From Eledone cirrhosa (Eukaryota): DNA of 64,000 bases. Within the stretch, counting starts at the first letter, position 1. The number at the start of each line of letters is the position of its first letter. The position numbers and the translations under genes were made by a program. Below are positions 25,713 through 38,844 of the stretch, piece by piece. The stretch is taken from contig OZ024740.1 in the NCBI GenBank assembly GCA_964016885.1, positions 220,596,001-220,660,000 of the forward strand, written 5' to 3'. Under the pieces are notes generated by a model. The model did no database searches, was not told the origin of the DNA, and was given only the letters and a program-made list of their open reading frames with translations.

Positions 25713-27109
25713 TTGGTGTTAGGAAGGGCATCCAGCCGTAGAAACCAAGCCAAAATATATGTCCATATGAGCAAGACGTCACCTAACCTGACGTGTCTCA
25801 TATTGTGACAATCCGTCTAACCCATGCAGATGTGGAAAAATTGACATTAAACGATGATGATGATGATGATGTGGAAATTCAACTATTGTTTTGAAAACTA
25901 TATGGTTGTTTGAAGTATATAGAGAACCATGAAATATATAAATTCTTTTGAAATTGTATTTTTACTAAAGCATTTGATTCTTGTGTAAGATACATCATGT
26001 CTAGTTGTACCTGTGGAAATTCCGCTATTATTTTGAAGTTTTTAAAGAACCATGAAATACATAATTTCTTTCCCTCTTTGTATATTCAAGGTGCAGTCTT
26101 AGGAAAGGTCATTGAAAACTATATACTTTGTTATATATCAGCTTATCCATAATTCTTACTATTTATTTGCCATCTTACTCACTATTCTTCCTACCATCGT
26201 ACCTATCATATGATTTTAGCTACCACCCACAGTCATATTCACCATCTTTCACAGAATGTACACCCCATCCTATCTCTTTACTTGCCACTCTACTCAGTAT
26301 AAATCCTTCTTCAACCCATAATTTTTAATTCTTCAACCAGTTCAGTTCTCTCTCTCTCTTTCCAACTTTTATGTGACAACTGGACCAATTAAGCATATAA
26401 TACAATTATTATATGCATTATTACATATGTTCATTTAATATCCTTAACTGTTGCTGATTTTTTTCTTTTCATTACTGAATGGTCTTCTTGCAAAATTTAT
26501 CTTTTGTGAATCATCAGATGAAAGATTTTAAACTATTTTGTACTATATGAAACTGCATTATCAAAGATATTCTTGAAAAAGTGTAAAACCGAACTAGGCC
26601 TGCATTACATGAAAAATGAAAGGTCTTACTCTAATTTTACAAATTTTCTCCAGTAGTAAAGATACTACAAACATTTGAATTAAACCTATTTTTAGATATT
26701 TTCTTCTAAATTTTTTAAATTGTGATTATAATTTTGAAAATGTATACCAAATATACATGTTTATTACAGGATGTTAAGAATTAACAAATGGTTGAATTTC
26801 TATTTAATTACAATATCAATAGATGAATGTTTAAGATATGTTGTATTTAATGTTGCAGTATAAATTTATTGAAAAGAAAAAGTGGAAATTTTATCAATAT
26901 TATCTAATTCTTATAAATTTATTTTAAATTAGGCTTTAGATAAACAATCCTTTCAATACACTTTTAAAAGTCTTGATAGGATAGCAATAGTATTTTAACA
27001 AATATTCTTTTTAATTCTTTGAGTGCCTAAAATACCTCTTTGACTTCTTACTTCTTGAGTGCCAAAGATCTACTGGTACATTATTATTTAGTTTGTGAAG
27101 CTCAAAGCC

Positions 27110-27965
27110 AAGCTCTGTAAGCATCTGATATACATGAGGTGTATCTAGGGGCGAAAATTAACCTCACAGAGGCTGGTACCAGAACAATTAAAGTGTTCAA
27201 ATGTGGCAAAGTCTCTGGTGAGGATGAAATTCATCTCGACATATTAAAACTCGTGAATTGAGAATATATGTTGTGGCTGTTTCATGTATGCCAGGTGGTC
27301 TGGATCTCTGGAAGGGCGCCAAGGCAATGGCAATTGGGAGTAATTATCCCAATTTTTAAAAGTGGAAACAAGAGATTCCTCTAATTATAGAAGAATCTCT
27401 TTGTCAAACCTCCTCCATAAAGTTTATGCTAAATGTCTTTCACCACTAACATAGCATAGCTGACCAAATATTCACTCTGCGGTAGGTCTTGGAAATATTG
27501 TCAAGCAGTATATGCTTGTTTTGTGGACATTGAAAAAACATACACCTACATGCCACAGGATTCGTTGTGGAAGGTTCTGCAGGAGTATGGGATAGATGGA
27601 CAGCTTCTCATTGCCTTGAAGTTCTTGTATGAATGCCTAGTATTTGCATTCGATAAATGGTTCTACATCAAAGCCATTCAATGTGGATACCTGCCAAGGT
27701 ACCCACTTCTGTTCATAATCTTTATGAATAGGATTGACATGTGCAACCAGACTTGTGGTGATATTAAAACCAGTAGGTGTAAGATCAGTCAACTGGCTTC
27801 TTTAGATGATGTGGTGCTATTGAACTTGTCAGATGATCTCCAACATGCACTGGATAGGTTTGTTGCATGACGAATGAAAATCAGTGGTGCGAAGGCCGAG
27901 ATATTCATCTTCTTGGGAATGCCTGTGCAGTGCACCTTGCATGTGAGTGGAGTTCAAGTATTTTA
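27110..27965 (+). mobile_element. RTE family 2 RT fragment
   Basis: FVDIEK.Y, LWKVLQEYGIDGQLL, PLLFIIFM, LAS.DD motifs with stops. Confidence 0.8.
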
Positions 27966-28729
27966 GCGGGAAGGCTTAATCCATCACTTGGTTTAACGCA
28001 ACCACCTGGCATTCGGATGTTTTTAGGAGAACACACATTGTTAAAATGCATTTGGACCAAGTTTCTAGTTTGAGGATACTTGCTTCCCTTCTTGACTAAA
28101 CACTAAAAAACAAACAGAAATCAAATAATATATAATTCCTGTACTTTTCTCCATTTAAATATTGACTACCATTTCTTAATGTCATGTCAAAAGAGGCAGC
28201 TAAAGAATTTGGTGCCAGAAAGGGCATTCTGCTGTAAAATAGCTGAAAAAGTACCCCATGATAAGCATGAAACTTTTCATGGGGTCCGCAAGGCTAAAGC
28301 TTGCTTTAGCAAGGAAAGAAGGCCTTAAAACATTGCATTTCTTAATGAGTGTCTCAAGAAATGTCATATCAACATTTTAGTGCATTCTTGATACAGGTAT
28401 GTTTTTTGTCTTATTTTTCTCCACAAGAATGTATTTGATATTTCAGTTACAGAAATACAGCTGAGCTCTTGCCAAAACTAAGGCAATTGGGAATGCTGTG
28501 TTTTCTTATGTAAGACTCATAAAATTAACTATTCTATCTATAATGTTTAAAATGGTTGGGCAGATCTTGAAGAAACTGTTATTTATCTTAATTGAAACAG
28601 CCACAATATATAGGAATGATGTGTGTATGTAAGTGTCTACTGATTTGCCTATCCATAGCAACATTCCTCCACATGTAGTGCTACCCTCTATCACTTCCAT
28701 GTGATGCACTTGTATTTAGAGGGTTTTGA

Positions 28730-29790
28730 GGCCTCTCCTAAACGTGCAATTGATACTGAACCAGGTGCAGGTCATCCTGAAGGCAGATGCTCTTATCCTT
28801 GTGTCACTGATCTTCCATCCGAATGGCCCTTGCATCCAAGCTTCATCAGCTTAAAACTCATGAACAGACTGCATCTGATTAATGCTCTCTTCCTTTTGAG
28901 GAACTGCCTCGCCATCCCAAAGTTTTTGTATACCTTTCACAGTGCCCTTTGTTACAGCAGCCATACACCTTGCCTCATTGATCTTGATATTTGCAACCAG
29001 TGTGGTGCAGAGGAAATATGCACATCTGGTTTGATGGCACTTGATAGCAACAAGCCATCTTTATCATTAGATACAATGGCTTTGGTCTTCAGTTCTCGGT
29101 TTCATTCACATTGGCATATCTTATGTCACTGGTTGTGCCCTTATGAACAAGGTTTTCCACAACACATCAGAGCCTACTATAATACTTGGGGCAGCTTACT
29201 TGGCCAGAATTCTGTGGATGTTGAATTTCCCAGCTGGAGAGTGACTTGCCTTTGTATTGGTGTTTCCCTGAAGTTCTGTCTCTGGATCAGTGAGCTAATA
29301 CTGTTGAGGGTCCATGGTCTTTCCTCATTTTCATACTGCGTCAGTGCTGGTCACTTATGACACACCACTGTCGATGAGTCTGTTAAACATGGTTTAGACA
29401 TAGCTGGCTTCTCATTACAGTTTGAACAAGTGTGGTTAGACTGAGTGGACAGCAAAAGACAATCTTCCTGGTCTGCAGTGATAAGCCCCTAATCTGGGAT
29501 GTGACATGCAGTGATTCGTTCTTCTGCAGCAAAGTTGTGAATTCAGTGGGAGACTCAGGTTTTGTTGTCTGGCAAGCTGGGTATTGCAAGTTGTTGAAGT
29601 ATCGTCTTTCCAATGGCTGGAAACTTCTGGCATCCTGGGCACCCAAACAAAGTTCCTACTTACTGTGATCAGGACAGTTGGCCACCTGCAAGAATGAGCC
29701 ACACAAACTGGACTGGCTGTTTTAGTGGATCTAATCTTTCTTGCTATCCTCCAGGTAATGCCTTTACAATTCTGTCTGCTGTGACTATGT
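28730..29790 (+). mobile_element. CRE-like non-LTR fragment, duplicate of 15130-16185
   Basis: Near-identical to the copy A fragment. Confidence 0.7.
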
Positions 29791-30457
29791 GGTAACAGCC
29801 TGTGGTTTTGCACTTTCAAGAGATAGAATGAGCAAACAAATGAGTATAACATCCTTTCATTGGTTGTTTTGTGCTGTTACCATTAGTCACTATATACATT
29901 CATACATACACTTGACAAACACAGGGTTATTAACTGTAACATGTTTATTAAAGTATAAACAACTCAATGTTACTGATGTTATATATCTTGTATTGAGTAA
30001 GATAAATAAAGCTGTATTGTTTGCCACACACAATAAAATGTACTTGGTACACTCTCTAAAGTGTTAGTGCTTGTGGCATAATAAAATACATCCAGAACAC
30101 TCTGTAAGGTTGTTGGCATTAAGAAGGGCATCCAACTACAGAAACCATGCCAAATATGGAATGTATGAGCAAGATGAGGTCTCTTACTCATTTAGTCTCA
30201 GACTTCGACAGCCTGTCCAATCCTTACCAGCATGGAAATCAGACATAAAATGATGGTGAGAAATCATCACACTAAATTTTCCTTTTGGAGCATGTGGAGA
30301 ATTGTTTCCATAGATAGTCAACTTGATAGGCACACAAAAAATTTCTCTAATCAATATTGGAGAAAGTGCCATCCCCCTCCTGAAAAACCTCTTGATTCAT
30401 GCCTACTTATGTGTGCGTGTATTATATATATATTTTATATATTTTTTTATACATCAG

Positions 30458-31864
30458 ATTGCTTCAGAAGTTGCAAGTGATATCATGATTCCTTACTCGA
30501 ATGTGATGTATCTTGTTGATGAAGTTAAAAGAAGAAAATTATCTTATCCGAAGGATGTTCCTGCTGGTAACGGTCCTTTTGTTACTGTAATAGAAAACTT
30601 GCTTGACAACTACTCATGGAGTGCTGTGAATAACGAACTTGTATTTGGGCCTGGAATAACTGTTGATCAGGCTGCAATCCTTAGAGTTATTGGTGAGAAG
30701 AGATACTTAGTTCTTCGGAAAAAGAAATACAAAAATGGATTTGTCTACTGTTTACGTACTGGTGAAATTTTTAGTGACATCGTAAAATATCTTCAAGAGA
30801 ATGGTGGAGCTAGTGGTAAATATCGCCTTGTTCCAAAATCAGAGGTACTTGAATTAAATGTTATGGAACAGAAATTATTTCAGGAGAATATCCAATTTTC
30901 TGGCCGTATAAAGGCAGATGTGAATGAAAGGCCAAGTTATGGAAATATTGGTGATTCTAGCACTAACAGGAATCAAGATTCTTATGAATTTCAAGGTTAC
31001 AACTATTCTGACAATAATAGAGAATATGACTCCAACTTTGTCAATCCTCCAAATTTTCCCAAGTCAAACATTAATTTGCAAGAACCTCAACAGATTCCAA
31101 ATGTTGATAATACTCAATACAAGAATTCAAATTCTAGTTATTACGATAGGAACTATGCTTCAAATCCTTATGAAAGAGAAACAAATGTTCGTAATCAGAT
31201 GAGCTCTGATGTAAATATGAATCGTAATGAAGGACCAATGTATTCTTATAATCAAAGACCTGCACTAGGTGAAGAAGGTAGATATAATTCTATGAATAAC
31301 CAAGGTAATTCTTATCCGGCACAAAGTGGTTTTAATCAGAGGTCTTATGATTCAGATTATAACCCAAAAGGAGACACAAATACTTATTCGGGGCATTACA
31401 GAAACAATTTTGATTCAACAACTGGTAAAAATATGGAAGGTTTTTCTCATAATAATAATAATAACAATAATAATAATAATAGAGCTTCGTGTTCTACTGG
31501 GTCTTATGAGAATTATCATTCAAGAGCTGTTTATGAATATGATAATGTTCATAAAACTGACTTTAATTCGTCGTCAATGTATAATTCTCGTGATACCACT
31601 GCTGCACCAAAAGAGCAAACTGGTTATAATCAGGATTATTGTGCAAGAAACCCAGTTCAGAATTATGGCCAGGAATATCCCTATTCAACTGGTCAACACA
31701 ACACACCTTATATGTATGAACAAGGAAATCAAATGAACAAAAGAGAAGAAATGTTTGATAATAGAAATTCTCATCCAATGTCTGGAAGAGAATTCAACGA
31801 CAACCCTGTCTTTCAAAATAAACTGATGGGACAAAACCAACGTCCTAATACATATTTTAACTAA
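30458..31864 (+). CDS. NKRF-like: Duplicated terminal exon B (candidate alternative last exon or partial paralog), 468 aa, truncated before the basic tail
   Basis: Same phase-0 acceptor context (AG 30456-30457); open frame with only in-frame indels versus exon A until a CAA>TAA stop at 31862-31864. Confidence 0.6.
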   Translation: MASEVASDIMIPYSNVMYLVDEVKRRKLSYPKDVPAGNGPFVTVIENLLDNYSWSAVNNELVFGPGITVDQAAILRVIGEKRYLVLRKKKYKNGFVYCLRTGEIFSDIVKYLQENGGASGKYRLVPKSEVLELNVMEQKLFQENIQFSGRIKADVNERPSYGNIGDSSTNRNQDSYEFQGYNYSDNNREYDSNFVNPPNFPKSNINLQEPQQIPNVDNTQYKNSNSSYYDRNYASNPYERETNVRNQMSSDVNMNRNEGPMYSYNQRPALGEEGRYNSMNNQGNSYPAQSGFNQRSYDSDYNPKGDTNTYSGHYRNNFDSTTGKNMEGFSHNNNNNNNNNNRASCSTGSYENYHSRAVYEYDNVHKTDFNSSSMYNSRDTTAAPKEQTGYNQDYCARNPVQNYGQEYPYSTGQHNTPYMYEQGNQMNKREEMFDNRNSHPMSGREFNDNPVFQNKLMGQNQRPNTYFN

Positions 31865-32480
31865 ATTGATAATAAAAATGTTAGTAGTAGTTTTAAGGTA
31901 AAAATACCTGATTTAGTACATATGTTTCGTAATGCCAAAAACAAGGAAAGCTTATGAAAAGGAATTGAAAATCAGAAACACTGCAATAAATATTGGTAAC
32001 AATAGATCTAGAGGGAAAACTTCTTTAAAAGTTGGACACCATCAACACTCTCTGGAAATGCATCTACATCTGCAGCACAATATCGCAGCATGCGAAGTTG
32101 ACAGCCAAAGTAAACGTTGGAGCTTCATCAAAGAATTTGACGCCTCTTATGAGTATCGATCAAGCAACAAACAACAACAAAGTAATGCTTCTAAACTTGC
32201 TTACCAAGAACATTGCTCAGAGAGCTTTACAAAGCAATGTCAAAAACATAATTGCAAATGCAACACAGTTATCGAATATTGCTAAGTCACGTCAACTAAT
32301 GGAATGGTTAACAGCTCAGCTGCTTTCTGTTCCTAGGAAAGGAACCAGAAGGTCAAAACACATCAGAAGTAGCTAAAACTGAAAAAGCTCCAAACAATGG
32401 AACAGCCAAGCAAATTCCAAACAACAAAAAACACCAAAATCTAGGGAGCAAATTTACTCCTACAAAAATTGAAGAAATAA
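31865..32480 (+). pseudogene. Decayed remnant of the basic C-terminal coding region of exon B
   Basis: Aligns by eye to 17938-18792 but with several frameshifts; holds only about one unit of the 27-bp repeat (about 32388-32422). Confidence 0.85.
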
Positions 32481-32519
32481 TTTAATTCCTCTTTCAAATG
32501 TTCCTGTATTCAATATTTC

Positions 32520-32525
32520 AATAAA
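32520..32525 (+). terminator. Candidate polyadenylation signal AATAAA of exon B
   Basis: Same context as 18832-18837. Confidence 0.5.
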
Positions 32526-32937
32526 TGTTCATGTCTTAAAAAGTATCTCATTTTTGTCAACTTCTTAACACTTCGAACCTGCTGGCCCAGTACTCAGTTC
32601 TGCTGCACACTTCTGTTAATAAGTTGACACCACTTTCTGCATGAGTCAGTGACCATAATACATCATTTCTTTAGACTGTGTTCCTCAGGAATACATTGTC
32701 GTGATGTTTTTCAAGTTTCTACATTTATCTTTGTTACAATTGAATTACGAAATACCATTTTATGTTGAGATTCTCGTGTGGACAGCCAGTGTTGAGGACT
32801 GCAAACATGGCAAGGATCTGGGTTTAAGGGGTTATAAGTTCATTGTTTGGCTGTTCTATTTTCCTTTACAAAGGAGAGAACTGATACAGCAATATTTTTT
32901 ACTCTCTTCTCACAGTAAACTAATATATATATATATA

Positions 32938-33126
32938 TAATAGGAAAAAGTATGACCTCGACGGCAGAGCTCAAGCCGTTTCAACGGGTAGTCCAGAAAT
33001 AGCCGTTGAAACGGCTTGAGCTCTGCCGTCGGGGTCATACTTTTTCCTATTACCCACTCTACTACCCTAAGTATTGAGTACTCTGATGTGTTATGGTCCA
33101 TCTGGTTCCTTACCACAACTCCTTCG

Positions 33127-33130
<4 letters not shown>
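32938..33130. repeat. Fold-back insertion with 50-bp inverted arms in a (TA)n tract
   Basis: Arms 32938-32987 and 33003-33052 with one mismatch; absent from duplication copy A. Confidence 0.85.
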
Positions 33131-33174
<44 letters not shown>

Positions 33175-34025
33175 TTGTAATTTATTTTTATTATTTCATT
33201 TCCAATTCTGCATTTAATGTCTCTATATTTGCAGAGAGACAAAATATGTCCTCAAAGTGAAGTTAACAAACACTGAAGTCCTAGTGAATAGAAAAGAATG
33301 CATGACACTGATTCTTTCAGGAAAATGTCGGTGCTTAATATGCAAAAAAGGAGTGGGTAAAAATTCCATATAGTGTACGAGATATAGTAGGATCTCTGGG
33401 AGGTTAGCAAATAATGTAGACTTTGTATGTGGCCAAGCTTACATGAAACTGGTTCTATCAAAGGTTTGGATAGTTCTGTAGAAATAGTTGACAATGTCTG
33501 TTACATTAATCAGTAGTGGGGGTGGATGCACTGGAAGTGCGATAGCTACAGTGCAAACCAAGGGGAACAAGTCCGAATGTTCCAATGGATGTGTAATAGC
33601 AATGTGCTTAAATTACGAAACAAGAGAAAAGCTATGTATGAGAGGAATTAGATGCAGCATACAAGAGAAGAATTTGCTGGTATGGACATGCAATGTACAT
33701 GGAGGTTGACAGCTGCATAAAGCAGTGCAGGTCATTCGAAGTCAAAAGAATGTGTAAAAGAGGAAAGCCTAGGAAAATTTGGGACGATGTGGTAAAGGCT
33801 GATAATAAGCAGCTGAATTTCACGAAAGAGATGACATAAGATCAAGTTGAACATATGGGCAAGATGTGGTCAACTGACCAGTCTAGCCCCATTATGTTAC
33901 AACCCATCTAAGATATGCAAGGATGGAAAATAGAAGTTAAACTGTGATGATTCAATATGTGTATATTTATAGATATAAAGGAAGTATGTTTGGAACACGG
34001 CAAGTGAAGTTTAGAATTGAAATAG

Positions 34026-34062
<37 letters not shown>

Positions 34063-34193
34063 TTAAAAACAACAGGAACCTAGGGGCTGGAAATATTCTT
34101 TCTTTGCCACAAAAATAACACTGAATTGGCAGGCCATTTCCAAACCCAAACCATTCTTTAATCTCTGTTTTGGTTTGCCGTAACCCTGTTATC

Positions 34194-36698
34194 TTCTTCT
34201 TTGTCCACTTATTCCTGAGAGCGTCATGGGGGAAGAGTTCTCAAACACTCCCTCCACCCGATCTGGTTGGATCCCCAAGCATGACCAGCCAAGATCATGG
34301 ATGTTATCCAAGCATCTCGGTCTGGGTCTCTTGCCAGTTGGCTTAGCCCATAAAATCTGTCCAACGTTTCTTTCCTGAGACATTCTAACCACATGCCCAT
34401 AGTATTGGAGCTGTGGTCTTTCAATTCGGAGAAGTAGCAGCTCAACCTGAATTGTCTCTCTGATGTCTGAGCTATGCACTCTATCAAGTAACGTTACTCC
34501 AAAGACCCTTCAGAGGTATCCGATGTCGTCTGCTGGTATTTGCAATTGTATTTTTTCGGTCATTACGCAAGATTCGTGACCATAGGTAAGGGTTGGCATG
34601 AAAACTGGTTTGAAGATAGTGAGTTTGGCTTTTACGCTATATACTTCTGATTATTGAATGCTGAAGCTGGCACATTACTGCACCAGCTTTTGCATTTCTT
34701 GCACTTAATTCAGCCTCCTGCCTTCCATCACTTGTGAACACGGCCCCGAGAAACTTGAACTTCTCTACCTGCTTCAGTGGAACTCCATTCAAATGTAAAG
34801 TGCACTGTGCAGGCTTCTTTGAGAGGACGAATGTCTCAGTTTTTGTAGCACTGATTTTCATTCCAGTCATGTATTACTTGGCATCAAACATATCAAGTGC
34901 AAGTCGAAGATCATCTTCTGTTGAGTTAAGTAGTACAATGTCGTCTTCAAATTCCAGCCGACTGATTTTAAACCTGCCAGTCATACCACTTCCAACCTGA
35001 CTGCGAATGTCAATCCTGTTCATGTAAATAATGAACAGAAGTGACAGTATGCACCTTTGGCGGAGTCCGACTCACATTGAATGGTTTTGATTTAGCACTG
35101 TTTATCTGAACACAAATACTTGGGCATTCATATAGAGACATCAGAGCAACAAGAAGCTGACCATCAATCCCATACTCCTGCACGGCTTTCCACAGCAGGT
35201 CTTGAGGAATGCAGCCATATGCCTTCTCAAGGTTGACAAAACAAGAATATACTTCTTGGCAATACTCCCACGATTTCTCGAATACCTGCTGCAGTGTGAA
35301 TATTTGGTTGGCTATACTGCGTCTGGGGATAAAACCACACTGTTCATCAGCTAGCTTGGAGTCAACAATCTCCCTACATCTCTTTGCCAGGCACTTAGCA
35401 TAGACTTTACCGGGGAAGCTTAACAAGGAGATCCCTCTGTAATTGGAACAATCTCTCTTGTCTCCCTTTTTGAAAATTGGGATTATCACTCCCGATTGCC
35501 ATTGCTTAGGTGCCTTCCAGAGATCCAGGCCACCTGGCACACACAAGTTAGCCAGAGAATACCTTCTCTATTTAAGGCTTTTACCATCTCGGACCAGATT
35601 TCATCTTTCCCAGCGGCTTTGCCACATTTGAGATCTTTAACTGTTCTTGCGTTCTCAGCCTCTGAGAGATTAGTCACCGTTCCCAGATGCACCTCGTGTA
35701 CATCCAAATATGCTGTTGTGATCGGGTTTAGGAGATCAGCAAAATATTCTCTCCACCTCGCGAAGATGCATCTCTCTGAAGAGAGGAGAACCCCAGATGC
35801 ATTCTTGATAGCAGGTGTGGAGAAGAGCTTCTTATTACAAAGTTGGCGGATGGTCTGCCAGAACAGTTTATTTGCTGATCTGAAGTCGGATTCCAGCTTA
35901 ACGCCAAAGTCCTCCCATGTCTTAACTTTGGATGCTTTTATGTCTCTACTGCGGTTTTTCGTGCCTCCTTGTACGGCAGGTGCAAGAAGAATGAATTATT
36001 TCCAAGCCAAGCATTGTAAGCCTCCTCCTTTGCTCAGATGGATTTTTTGACCGCTTGATTGAACCAAGGAGTCTTCCTGCCATTTGGCACCACACCAAGC
36101 CTCTTTTGCCCACAGCATTTAACAGCTGAAGCAGAATCTGCTACGCTGAACAATCTCCACTCCATCTCAACATCCTCAGTTTGCTCAGGGAGTTCTCTGA
36201 ATTTGGATGTAATAGTATTTGCATACCTGGTTCTGACTTCTCTATTCACCAATGCTTCCCACTTTATCCTGTAGGTCGCTCTGGACCTGCCAGTTTTGTG
36301 GGCTTCATTAGCTTTAGGTAGTCTCAAGCTGCAGATGACTAGATGGTGATCAGTTGACAGCTCAGCCCCTCTCTTAACATGAACATCCAGTACAGAATCA
36401 AAGATATGAGAGAGAATTACAAAATCAATTATTGATATCTGTCCCTGATTTCCCTTATACCATGTATATTTATGGATCTCTCTGTGCTGGAAAGTGTTCA
36501 TAATAAAGAGTCCATTGCTAGAACAGTGGCGGTGCAATTTTATGCACCAAACAAGAAATCCGAATACAGTCCTTGATGAAGTCACTGCAGTGTTAGATGT
36601 AGTTGGGAGAGTCATATATCCTGATGGGAGACTTCAATACACTGACCACATGACATGGAAAGGAGTGATTGGAAGGAATGGCGACCCTGATCTAAAAT
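34194..36698 (-). mobile_element. RTE LINE (family 2), APE plus RT, with 5' inversion and TSD
   Basis: APE (NTF.H..IHKYTW, STDHHLV) and RT (NYRGISLLS, EQCGF, F.FLG) motifs; inverted APE piece about 36530-36698; CCTGTTATC at 34185-34193 and 36699-36707. Confidence 0.9.
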
Positions 36699-37185
36699 CC
36701 TGTTATCAATTAACTAATTTTGCAATCCACACCTGATGAAATCGCCAAAGTATTATGTTATGATTGGATGATGGCCATTGATATATGTATAGTGTTTTTG
36801 CAACATTAAAACTTTTAAAGAATATTTCCAGTCTGGTTTTCTCTTGTTTTTAAATGGATACTTAACTATGTTCCTGCACCTACCACAGGATACCACATCT
36901 ATGATGGAAGATTTGCATAACATCAAGTAATTTAATTTATTACATCATGGTATATATATTGTAAATAGTTAGTGCCCGACGACTGAGCTCATGATGAAGT
37001 GGTGAGAGGTCAGCTGTCAGGCACTAACTATTTAAAATAGTTACACTCCACTTTCCCATGTGTCAACTACTTAGCTGAACATGGTCTTGCTAGTCTAAAC
37101 TGGTAACTCCCAATATATATATATTGGGAATTACCAGTTGACGGGAGAGTCCATCACACACACACACACAAACACACACACACAT

Positions 37186-37224
<39 letters not shown>

Positions 37225-37225
<1 letters not shown>

Positions 37226-38725
37226 GTGATGAACTCTCCCATCAATTTTGACGTATAAGGATCCAATCTATTCAGTTCATTCAGTCTGGATGTTTATATT
37301 GGGTGTGGCATTTTAGACTTGCCAAGGATTTGCAAGCAAGTCCACAGATTATACAAGTATGAGGTTTACTGGATAATGTTGCTGGTATGTTTGATAATGC
37401 TTTTCTCCTCCCTCCAACTGGATTCGAAGTTCTTGATCCCTTTGTGACACATAGATCTCCAGTTCTTCCATTGCAAGGCCACTTGCTCAGATGTCTCATA
37501 AAGTATATTGGTTGCAGAAAGATTACTCTTCAGCTTGACTTTGTACCTGAGCCATGGCCATCCAACATTTCTATATCCACCATCAAGCTGGCTGTACATG
37601 AGGACGTTTGGTATTCTTTTGTCACTCATTCTGATGATATGACCAGTTGACCATAGTTGTGATTTCATAAGAAAGGTTTCAATGCTTCCAATCTGACACT
37701 TAGTGAAGAGGTCAGCATTAGATATTTTGTCTTCAAGTGTGTAGTCACAGATTGTGCAAAGACAACCGTTATGAAAGACGTCCAGTTGGTTGATGTATGA
37801 CCTATATGGAGTCCAAAATTACGATCCATATAAGATATGGTCAGTACAACAGCTTTATAAACCTGTATCTTGGTGTCCAGTTTTAAGCCCATCTCATGGC
37901 GATGACGAAGCTTGCTAAATGCATTCATTGTTTTCCCTATGTGATTAATTATCTTATCATCGAGAGATGTATTTGAGTTCACCTTACTGCCAAGATATGT
38001 GAATGATTTCACATACTTAAGATTCTTCCCATTGACCTTTATAGGAGTATCTGGGAATTGGTTTCTGTTTGACACCTTGTATTTGTTTGGGCATAAAGCA
38101 TGGCTAGTAGATCACTTCTGTTTTCTTTATGCTGGTGTATTCCTGAAGACTTTACTTGCAACAGAAAAACGGTTTACGTGTTCCTGAGCTTCCTCTAAAG
38201 ATGTTGCTACAAGAGCAGCATCATCTGCAAAAAGGCAATCGTGAATGATGTTGGTTTGCAGATGCATCAGCTTTGAATCGTTGATGGTTGAAGAGTCCGC
38301 CACTCATTTGAAATGGAAAACTAACATGTTTCTTTTTCAGCAAAGCATATTTCAGCATCACTGAGAAGAATAGTGCAAAAATAACTGGAGCCATGACACA
38401 GCCTTGTTTTGTGCCTTTTGTCACATCAGAGGAATCTGACAACTCCCCATCAGATAAAACAGCAGCTTTTATCCCTTAATAGAAGGAAACAATAATAAAC
38501 ATGTTGTCAGGTATCCCAAGCTTCGTTAGAACTTTCCAGAGCACTTGTCGATTTACATTGTCAAAGGCTTTGGTTAGATCTATGAACACCATATATAGCT
38601 CCTGATTTCTCTCACAGACCTTCTCAGTAACTGACAAAGAGTAAAGATTGTGTCGATTGTGCCACAGCCTGAACAGAAGTCACTCTGCGATTCAGGGTAA
38701 ATGTCATCAGTGATATATTTGATGA
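37225..38725 (-). mobile_element. RTE/BovB-like LINE 3' part with terminal C2H2 finger
   Basis: GTKQGCVMAP..F, FADD region, FTYLGS, QL.W.GH..RM, CIICGLACKSLASLKCHTQYKH. Confidence 0.85.
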
Positions 38726-38844
38726 TTTTATATATATATATATATAATAATATATATATATATAATAATAAATTTGAAGGGTGAAAGCAGCGATTCTTTG
38801 CTTAAACTTTAATCTGTTATTTTAATATATATATATATATATAT

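Larger units (their letters stand above)
27965..33945 (+). repeat. Segmental duplication copy B (pairs with about 14270-22315)
   Basis: As above; copy B retains about 345 bp (29785-30127) and about 55 bp (near 28965-29020) missing from copy A. Confidence 0.9.

Noticed and set aside
30458-30840. Exon B as a genomically pre-edited (A-to-G) version of exon A
   Set aside because: About 8-9 A>G versus about 5 G>A replacement changes by manual count; compatible with ordinary transition bias
36963-37033. Hairpin with ATGATGA as a hammerhead
   Set aside because: Core C missing and no GAAA after a closing stem
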